Of a stretch of DNA of 64,000 nt, positions 55,043 to 64,000 are shown piece after piece (the stretch's first letter is position 1; each line of letters opens with the position of its first letter). The notes beneath the pieces were generated by a model that was not told the DNA's origin, did not search any database, and saw only the letters and a program-made list of their open reading frames with translations. The position numbers and the translations under genes are program-made. Source of the DNA: Gonapodya sp. JEL0774 (lineage: Eukaryota); assembly GCA_027604505.1 (NCBI GenBank), contig JADIIX010000004.1, positions 186,001-250,000 of the forward strand. The letters are read 5' to 3'.

Positions 55043-55466
55043 GCTGTGGGTTCTGGGCGGTACTGGACAACATCAGCGTAAAGGAGTCCCAAGAAGGCTT
55101 CACACCGGCGTCCAAAGCACCAAAGATACCAGGGGATGTGGCAGTGAGCTTTGGGGTTCAGGGCAAAAGAGGGGGGAGACAAAATGGCAACGGACGGGGG
55201 GCAGCATACAAACCGACCTGGGGAGAGTTGGTTTGCTCTGCCTACTGGCGGAGACCGCGCTAACCCACCGCCAATGAGCGGGGATGGAACCGCGATGCCC
55301 GATGCGCGGCGCCTATCCGACCGTCGGACTTTGGAGCGATGGGTTCTCCAATGTACCTTGAGTGCAAGGTGGCACAGCCACAGGACAGCCACAGCCGGCA
55401 GACACTTGAATCGCCCAACAAAATAACCTTTATATTCTGAAAACTGATTTACCAGAGTAGTTCTTA

Positions 55467-55539
55467 CCCTCATTGGAACAGTGGACAGTTCATCTGCCTT
55501 CTAAGCAGAGAGTCGTGGGTTCGACCCCCACATGAGGTA
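55467..55539 (+). tRNA. tRNA-Arg(TCT)
   Basis: Cloverleaf: CCTCAT/ATGAGG acceptor (C1-T72 mismatch), GAAC/GTTC D-stem, TCTGC/GCAGA stem with loop CT-TCT-AA, GTGGG-TTCGACC-CCCAC; T-rich tract downstream. Confidence 0.88.
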
Positions 55540-55688
55540 TAATAATGTTTTGTTTTCTCTTTGAGTTTTTGAGAACTGACTGTTACAATCACAGAATGTT
55601 TTGTTTTTCTTTTTGAGTTGTTGAGCTGTCTGGAGGTCATTGTCTTGTGGTACGCACTGTGGCCTTGTCCATTGCCCGTTTGTTTCTG

Positions 55689-55765
55689 CCCCCCATTTGG
55701 AAACAAGTGGACAGTTCATCTGCCTTCTAAGCAGAGAGTCGTGGGTTCGACCCCCACATGAGATA
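55689..55765 (+). pseudogene. tRNA-Arg(TCT)-derived copy 2 with an altered 5' end
   Basis: Anticodon and T arms identical to copy 1; acceptor and D 5' strand disrupted. Confidence 0.8.
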
Positions 55766-55870
55766 CAACAAGTTTTGCTTTCTTTTTGAGTTTTCAAGCT
55801 GTCTGGAGGTCATTGGGGTTGTGGAACGCATTTTGGCCTTGTCCATTGCCTGTTTGTTTCCTGTCCCCCA

Positions 55871-55946
55871 CCCTCAATTTGGAAAAAGTGGACAGTTCAT
55901 CTGCCTTCTAAGCAGAGAGTCGTGGGTTCGACCCCCACATGAGGTA
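55871..55946 (+). pseudogene. tRNA-Arg(TCT)-derived copy 3
   Basis: 3' two-thirds identical to copy 1; 5' end reads ccctcaatttggaaaaagtgg. Confidence 0.8.
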
Positions 55947-56476
55947 CAAAAAGTTTTGTTTTGTTGTTGAGTTTTTGAGAAGGGACTGTTACAATCACAG
56001 AATGTTTTGTTTTTCTTTTTGAGTTGTTGAGCTGTTTGGAGGTCATCTGTCACCCCTAGTGACATTTGAGTACCTGCTGCTAGGATAGTGGTTGGGTAGG
56101 GGGATTAGTCACGTGAAAGGGGTCGTGTGGCACAGCGCACACAGGGTCATTCAGACACAGAGGGTTTAGTTTCTCTTAGGTTTTATAGAGTCCACTCTGT
56201 CACAGGTGGGATGGAGGCATGTCAGTATTTGCTTTGCTCTTGTTCATTACATTTCCGTCACAGTCTTCTGCTCTACGCTCGACTCTGGTAGTGACCCTTA
56301 GGGCGTGTACGGCCAGCACATTATTGTGCACGGATTTGGATTATGTGGGCGTGTTCGACACTTTCAAGTAACAAATTACTAGTTGTTGCTCACTGAAAAA
56401 AATAACTACCTTCAGGGCTTGTTTTTCAACCATCACAAACTCATACTTTCGGCATACACACCAATTCCTCAACGCA

Positions 56477-57617
56477 ATGGGACCGAAACAACGCGAAACT
56501 GGCAAGGCTAAGACAGAGGATACAGAGGACATGGACGAGAGGGAAGGGAAGGTCCAGTGGAAGACCAAGGACAGAGAGAGGGTGCTGCTAGAGACCCTCC
56601 TCTCGTTTAAAGCACACAGGAACGGCGGCAAGTTCTCCAAGCAGTGGACACCGATTGTTGCTGCCTTCAACCAACGGGCGAATGTCAAGTACAGCAAGAC
56701 AGCAATTCAGAACAAGCACGGGGAGCTGAAACGAATGCACACAGCATTCCTCAAGCTCAGGGACCGTTCTGGAGCCGGCGTGGACCCAACAAACCCGTGC
56801 AAGGTGACGATGAGCGATGATTCATGGAAGGATTGGGAGAAGGTGAGTGCTAGGTTAGGATGGAGGTCCCGAGGAACTCTATCACCCCTTCGTTTTTAAT
56901 GAACAGCACAATGAAGCCCTCGTCAAGTACAAATGGCGTGACAATGGTTTCCCATTGTTTGTGCTGGCTGACCAGATCTGGGGCACCACTGCTGCCACTG
57001 GACAATACGCGACGAACGCAACAACACACCAGGCGCGAGATACCAGCAGAGATCCGGCGGACATGACAGACAGCGGCGACTCATCAGAGGATGAGAAGAG
57101 TGGAGCGGAGCAGGATGAAAGTGATGGACGTAGCCTCAGGGACAGTCGGGAGGGAGGTGAGTGCTACTTTCATATTGCTCCAATCGCATACCAGACTTCA
57201 CTACTGCTTTTTACAGGTCAGGGCAGTGCTCCTAGCACACCTGTGCTTTCTGTCTCTCTTGACGGGTCGCGGAGGGGCTCCGAGGGTTCTGTCATACGCT
57301 CGAAAGCCCCAACCACACGCCAGAAGCGCAAGCGGGAAAGCTCTATCACCCCTAACCCAGCGGACACAATTGCGGCCGGCATCAACAACTTTGCAGACGT
57401 ATTCAAGACGGCTATGCAGAGTGGCGTGGCGGAGGGGAATGGCAGCTGGGTGGTAAAGGCGCTCAGCGTTGCTCTCACGGACGGGTTCAATGCTGAGGAG
57501 CGTCGCCACCTCGCAAGGCTGTTCAGAGAAGACAAGGTGAATGCAGAGGTCTTCTATGGTTTGGGGGATGTGGGGACACGACGGGGTTGGCTTGAGGACC
57601 AGGATCTGCCCATGTAG
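56477..57617 (+). CDS. Harbinger Myb/SANT-like DNA-binding protein
   Basis: VQWKTKDRERVLLETL...FSKQWTPIVAAFN...IQNKHGELKR...GAGVDP; spliced. Confidence 0.85.
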
Positions 57618-57705
57618 CTATGTCCAACGCGAGATGCAATAATAAATTTCATGTATTACAACAGATGTAGTGTAAATAAGAAAAAAACTGTTACGCTATA
57701 CGCCA

Positions 57706-59032
57706 TTAAGTGTCTATAACAGGTGGTGGGCGATAATCCCGTTCCGCCCGGATTCGCACATAGTCGTCCCACATCCTCTGAGCCGTCTGCTCCCTCCACA
57801 CCACTGCTGGCTCCATACGGCGACGTTGTGACTGCACCTCCCCGTTGACTGTTGGGCCCACTGGGTATGGGTTAGCAGCAACAAAGTCCGTGGCAATTGC
57901 GTCCCCAGCACCATGGGTCCGCCGATGCACAAAATTGTGGATGACACAACATGCCACCACCATCTCCACTTGCAGAGTGAAATCCATATACCGCCCACCT
58001 TTCTCTAGTGCCTGTGTCCTGTTCTTAGCAATGCCGATCACCCGCTCAACAATATTGCGGAGGGAGGAGTGCTGCAGGTTGTACAGCTCTAGCAGTGTCT
58101 GAGGTCTATTAATAAAGAGGACAATGTAGATGTAGGAGTGCATGAGTCAGTGAAATTTTCAGCACTCACCTCTTTCCCCACTCTGCCCACTCTTTGAGGT
58201 GATACCGAACCCGGAACTTGTATGGGGTCCTCCATTGCATATTGTGCTCGTATCCTGCATCCACAAGGTACCAGCGTCCATCGGGCACATGGAGTCCACC
58301 ACGCTGAAGAGCGTCGGCAAGAACTGTACCGTCATGTGCTGAGCCCTCGTACCCCGCATAAACATAAACAAATTGTCCATCCAGATCCACAATCACGAGT
58401 ACATTCTGTGAGAGAAAGCCCTTACGATTCCGAAAGGGAACCTGAGCATCCCCTACAGGAATGCGTGCCTTGATGTGTACCATCAGCAGCACCAAGGCAC
58501 CCATCAAAATAGGGGGAGAAACAAGGGTTCCCTGTGATCCCTTCTGACTGCACAGTGCTTGCCGTGGGTAGTACAATATAGTCCGGGGCAAGAGAAGCGA
58601 CAGCTGCTTGAGCAGCTGGGACATAAGCGGTTACAGTGGACAGGGAGTGCCTGAACGCGAGTCCGTATAGCCCGCATAGACACTCCTTGTCCCAGATACA
58701 TCATCAGCATCGCCATCTGCTGTTCTGCGCTGACCTCTGCTGTGTCAATCAGTTCCCGTCGCAAGCGAATCCTGGCATAGGTCGAGGAAGACCGTTCGCG
58801 GCATCCTCAGATTGTCCAGGACCATCTCATCATGGGCACACAGAGTTTCCTGAGTCCAGGCCTTGCCCTGAAGCGCACTATTGGTCATTGGGCGCGGGAC
58901 TTGGTGAGGATGGGGAATCAGAAAAGAGGCAGCAGCGGCAATGACCATGACGAAGGCCGCACCAGTCGCCGCGACCATCCGAGTCCTGCTTTCCACCAGA
59001 TCGTTTGATTCCACGTCTGTATTTTCCGCCAT
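57706..59032 (-). pseudogene. Harbinger DDE transposase (HARBI1-like), frameshifted
   Basis: LRMPRTVF, FRNRKGFLSQNVL, AGYEGSAHDG, YLVDAGY, HSSLRNIVERVIG, CCVIHNF. Confidence 0.9.
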
Positions 59033-59275
59033 GATGCAAATCTGCCATGTGGGAGATGCGGGGTTTCTTGAAGGATTATGGGCGTGTTCGGCACTTGCTG
59101 GACCAAAAACTAGTAATTTACGGGGAACTCATACATGCACCCCCAATAACGAATACTTCACAAATAATTACTTTTTAAAATTACAGGTGCCGTACACGCC
59201 CTCAGACAGGTCACATCATTGGGGTAGTGGAACGCACTTTGGACTTGTCCATTGCCTGTTTGTTTCTGCCCGCCA

Positions 59276-59352
59276 CCCTCAATTTGGGAACAAGTGGACA
59301 GTTCATCTGCCTTCTAAGCAGAGAGTCGTGGGTTCGAACTCCACATGAGGTA
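59276..59352 (+). pseudogene. tRNA-Arg(TCT)-derived copy 4
   Basis: Same unit as copies 2-3; T-arm reads ttcgaactccac. Confidence 0.8.
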
Positions 59353-59454
59353 CAACAAGTTTTGTTTTGTTTTGAGTTTTTGAGCTGTCTGGAGGTCGTT
59401 GTCGTGTGAAACTCACTTTGGACTTGTCCATTACCTGTTTGTTTCTGCCCCCCA

Positions 59455-59526
59455 CCCTCAATTTGGGAACAAGTGGACAGTTCATCTGCCTTCTAAGCAG
59501 AGAGTCGTGGGTTCGACCCCCACATG
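59455..59526 (+). pseudogene. tRNA-Arg(TCT)-derived copy 5, 3' truncated
   Basis: Ends at cccccacatg and abuts a second Harbinger remnant. Confidence 0.8.
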
Positions 59527-59599
59527 GACCTCTCTGAGTCAATCTTGGATGCAACTCAATCAGGATTTGCACGAAGTTGATGCGGGAGGCGGACTGCGA

Positions 59600-60711
59600 T
59601 TGCAGCCTTGGCTCTGGTCACACAAACATTGTCGTCTTGGCAGGGGAGGGCTGAAGTGGGACCGTCATTTGACTTCAGGCAATATTTGGATGCAGATTCC
59701 TGGTTCTACTTCAGGTAAGACATTGTTGTGCAGCGCTTTTACAGTTGTTCTTGTGTCGGGCATGCGGTTGCTTTTTCAGATTTCATAAGAACGATATACC
59801 GTGACTTCAACGCGCTTTGTGCATTCTGACTCCTTTTCAATGGCCAATCAAGTTTGAGTGGATGGTACATTTGCACTTTGCCTCCTGTTGCGCCGGTTTG
59901 CGTACCCAAATCGCCCGGAAGAGCTCTCAGCAATGTTTGGTCGCACACATGACTAACTTTCGAGGGTTCTGGACTTCACAATCAATCTGATTGTTGAGGA
60001 GTTCAGGGATACCTTGAAGTGAGATCATGTGCGACTGACTGCTGAGCTGCTGACGCAGTTTGGGAGAGCAATCCAAGGCAGGAGGGGCTCCAACTGACAG
60101 CATTTTCAGATTTGTGGACTGTACAGTACGGCGAATTTCCTGTCCAGAGGACCACCAGAAGCTGTACTACAATGGGAATAAGAGGATGCATGGCGACAAG
60201 TACCAGTCCATCATCACACCTGATGGCATCGTTCACCTGACAGGTCCATGGGTGGGAAGGTATCATGACATCACCATTTGGAGATGGAGTGGAATGGAGG
60301 AGCTGCTGCAAGAGCATGGTGAGTGAATAAAGAGCATAATTAGCACTTTGAGAGATTACAGCTTTTGATATGGGCTATGATTTCAGGACGAGACGTCAAT
60401 GGAAATAGCATGTTTGTTTACGGAGATCCTGCGTATCTTGCTGTGGAAGGGGTTATGACATCACAGAAAGGACATCTTACAGAGGTTGAGCAGGAGTTGA
60501 AGACAATTATGAGTGGAGTGGGGTTTTGCAAAAATTCAACAGATTGGGCATTCATGGATTTTGCGAGGAATTTGAAAACAGGGTTGCAGCCGGTTGGTGC
60601 ATACTACATTGTGTACTTCTTACAAATTGCCATACCTGCATATACGGTCATCCAGTTGCCAGCAAATTCATGTTGACACTGCCCAGCTCAGAAGAATACT
60701 TGCACAATTAG
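59600..60711 (+). pseudogene. Second Harbinger-type DDE transposase, degenerate
   Basis: FVDCTVRRISCP, YYNGNKRMHGDKYQSIITPDG, GPWVGRYHD, VYGDPAY, LTNCHTC; stops and frameshifts. Confidence 0.88.
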
Positions 60712-60774
60712 AATCAAAACATATGTTTGTAGTTGCAATTGGAAGATCCATCACATTAAAATTACAACCTACTA

Positions 60775-61910
60775 CTATCCCAGCTTATCTAAAAGAGCCT
60801 TCATCAGCTGCACGGACCTCTCCTCTTGGCATTGAATAGTGCGCCTTGTCTCCTCCTCACGCACCATCCGCTCTCTCCTGTCCTTCTCTTGTTTCCGCTC
60901 TCTTGCACCCTCTCCTTCCCGGCAGCTTTGCCTTTCCTGCTTCCACTTTTCCTTGTCCCATTCGTAACATTCCCTGCTGAAATCCAAAAGCTCCCGTTGA
61001 AGCTGAAGGTTCGTTTGATCACTTGTGGGCCCTTCAGCAAGAGCGGCCCCAATGGCGTCAAATGTTGTGTTGGAGCGAGCCAATTGGGATTTGCGGTGCT
61101 GTTTTCCAGTCCCGATGCAGAATTCATCATCTTCTGCAACAGAACTGGCTGACGCCTCATCCTCCACCAACCCGCCTCCAAGTTCCAAAGGCACCTTCTT
61201 GTTCTTTGACTTTTTGTGGAGGCTTCTCATTGCGTCCTCCATGGCAACTTGTTGCAGGTGCGGTCAAATGGTTGTCACATCAGTTGCCCCTCCAGCCCCC
61301 AAAACCAAAGCAACTGCAACTCACTATTGGACAACTGATCAGCACATCAATATCCTTCTTCTGTTACCTCCCAACTCTCGCAGCTTCCTCCTGAAGACGA
61401 AGGACGGTAGGCGTTCATGAACAGTGAGACTGAATGGAACAGCGATCACTCACCAATTGACAAAGCTCCTCCAATGCATTGTCCAGTTCACTTGGCTCCT
61501 CCTCCTCCTTGCCCGACTCCTTTTTCTTCTTGTTATCCTCTGCCTTGTACTCCTTCATTAACTTCTTCACCTGCTTTTTGCGCCAATGCGTATGTCAACC
61601 CGCTCCTGCTGTGCACTTTCCATTTTGAACCCTTCCTCATGCGATAGAGCGGATACTTTGATGCTTCCACGGCTACAGCTGACCACGCACTTGATACAGT
61701 TTTGTGGGTGGTGAGATCGAACGGATCGACCTGAACCGCTGCTTGCGCCAGAGCCAAATCGTAGACCTTGTTCTTCCAAAACCAAAACTGCGTCTTGGGA
61801 GCCTTCTTGGCCGACTTCTGCGTTGAACCGTCGTCTTTTGGGACTGCTAGGTCTGTTTCATCCTCGTCTGACCCGCTATCACAGTTGGAACCACTTCATA
61901 TGGCCCCATC
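60775..61910 (-). pseudogene. Harbinger accessory (Myb-like / coiled-coil) protein, degenerate
   Basis: DLALAQAAVQVDPF...AWSAVA and a charged coiled-coil C-terminus; convergent with the transposase. Confidence 0.65.
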
Positions 61911-63319
61911 AAAGATAAAAATGCACCTGCATTTCAGACATACATCATTGAGACATGAAATTGCTTCATTGCGGTGCAGTTCAGGGTGAATACTCACTCG
62001 GAATTCTATTGGTCATCCCCCGATTCTTCCCTTCCGTGCATCCCATGGACCTGGGCAGCTTCCACACAGCTCATCACAACTCTCCAATGCACAATCAGGG
62101 CGTGAATAGGAATCGCTGTCAAAAAAACAGACACTGGGGAAATGAACGAGGTGACATGACAGCACCAACGACGATGAAGACACATACCAGCCACGTAGGG
62201 GACAGAAGCATGTTTGCTGTGTAATTAATGATGAGACAAAAGGTGAAGGAGAGTGAGAAAGAGAGGACACAAGACATGAAACATGGCAAGTGGAGATGGG
62301 GGGCAGACCATATTGGTATTGTCCGCATTTGCATTTTGCAACTGTTTGGGCTGCTAGTTTAGGGCGGTTGAACGTAGCTCAGCCAAATTAATGGCTTCTA
62401 CATGCTCAAATGCCAGGATTGGTGATTGTGGGAAATGGTAAAGGGCTGTGGAGTGTTTAGAATATGTCATTCCATTGTGTCAGTACTCAGTTAAGGTGGC
62501 TGGCTGGGCAAAGCATTGTAATCCAATCACTAGCTTCTAAGTGTAAACGTGAAGCTGAAATTCAGCAATTCGTAAAAAGGTTTGTAGCTGTCAATTCGGG
62601 GCTTCTCCTGCATATTGACATTTAATTGTCACATGCCTGTGGGGAAAGAGAACATTGTCCCTGGTCCCAGACCATTCAAAACTTGGAACCACACTGACAC
62701 TCCCTGAAACGTTTGTCCCACCGCTGTATTGCTACAACAGTCCATCTTCCAAAAATGGCGCAAATTGCACCAAGAAATCCAAGAAAGATGTAATGGTGGA
62801 AGCAGGTGCGTAGCAGTGACTATATTCGATTCAACCACTGTCTAACCTATTGTGACCCTTCTCCTGATTGTAGCCATAAGAGACCCAGTAGCCTTTGAGG
62901 CCATCATTGCGATGGCTAGACAGACAAATGTTGATGGAAGTCAGATACACTCCTTTGTCTCTCAGTTGTTGCTGTGTTCTGCTGGACTCAAAGACAGGGA
63001 ACAAGAGGTGCTAAATGTTTTATCAGCTGGTGAGAATGTGACCCACCAGGTTGATTCTGTTCTCTTTGGACGCCAAGCTTTGTGACACAGGATGTGAAGC
63101 CTTACAAACTTCGGGTCACACTGAAACCGCAACAACCTTACGGGAGCAATTCACCTCAATTATTGCAGTTCAAACAAGTCTGCAGCAGTCTGAATCAAGG
63201 GTCTCCAAACTGGTCGGTATGATCTGTGCACTTGAACAACAAGTCGCCAAATGTAACCAACAACTCCAAACAGCCCAATGTGAGCACCAAGAGAGAATTA
63301 GGACCATGCAATCCCAACA

Positions 63320-63650
63320 CATAACTGAAAGAGATGATCTTGCTGAGCGAGTTGGGCGAATGGAACAGGAGATGACAGATTCAGCACAGCTGATGAAGGT
63401 GAAGGATGCCTGTTCTCACAAGTGACAACTGAAAGGGATGATATGGCTAAACAAATAGAGTGCATTAAACAGGATATGGCACATTAGGCACAGCTCTTGA
63501 CTGCAAAGGATGCCACATTCTCACAACTGATGACTGAAAGGCACAATATGGCTAAACAAATCAAGGGCATGGAGCAGAAGATGACAGATTCAGCACAGCT
63601 GATGAAGGTGAAGGAGGCAGCGTTGTCACATGTGACAACTGAAAGGTAAA
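63320..63650 (+). repeat. Degenerate tandem repeats within a coiled-coil ORF remnant
   Basis: gatgacagattcagcacagctgatgaaggtgaagga occurs twice; actgaaag..atatggctaaacaaat recurs. Confidence 0.6.
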
Positions 63651-64000
63651 TACAAAGGAACACGAACTACGTGCAACTTCCGGACATCCCTCTGAAGTTA
63701 TAATGAGTGCAATGAATTGCGCAGCTTCGCATACTATGCACCAGCAATGTGCCCACATTGTTCCTGGCTGCGTGAACTGGCATTTCAGACTGTTCCAGCC
63801 CTATCCAGTCCTCTCCAGAGAATCTGCTCATGTCAGCACAGTTATGATCTGTCAGTAGATAGTGGTTTGGGACAAGTAGGATGGTGTGGTTGAGCTGGAG
63901 CCAAGCTGAGGGTACTAGCATATAGCAGTCAAAGAATCACATCCCATCTGTCACAGTTTAATGTGGAAAACCTAACTGTTTTCTGTCTGGCAAACAGCAC

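Larger units (their letters stand above)
56301..59201. mobile_element. Complete PIF/Harbinger DNA transposon
   Basis: 13-bp TIRs GGGCGTGTACGGC / GCCGTACACGCCC; 3-bp TSD TTA/TCA; convergent Myb-like and DDE genes. Confidence 0.93.
56048..59215. mobile_element. Solo LTR (56048-56300 plus 59202-59215) split by a Harbinger insertion
   Basis: TGTCAC...TCACA termini; 5-bp TSD tcatc/tcatt; shares the ttaggttt..cactctgtc.caggt.ggatggag block with the LTR at 46951. Confidence 0.8.

Noticed and set aside
55467..59526. Repeat-spacer pattern resembling a CRISPR array
   Set aside because: The repeats are tRNA sequences, the spacers are homologous to each other, the context is eukaryotic and no cas genes are present.

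Overview
Intron-rich eukaryotic DNA. Gene content and short GT-AG introns suggest an early-diverging fungus (chytrid/monoblepharid-like; inference). The left ~42 kb is gene-dense: acyl-CoA dehydrogenase, Rtt109, Rmt2, Mer3/HFM1, Aquarius, a VIT-vWA-TPR protein, a divergent alpha-tubulin, an SDR, a 37-aa tandem-repeat protein and Y14/RBM8A. The right ~22 kb is repeat-rich, with solo LTRs, two PIF/Harbinger elements and a tandem tRNA-Arg(TCT) array. The main candidate for a new system is two tandem copies of an unclassified element. The younger copy (B) encodes a spliced ~1,100-1,200 aa protein with GIY-YIG-like and UDG-like motifs and is bounded by a 16-bp direct repeat that is the 5' end of the tRNA-Arg gene. 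Both copies carry a ~240-nt multibranched RNA fold at the same position upstream of the ORF. All gene models, alignments and folds were made by eye, so exon boundaries are approximate.
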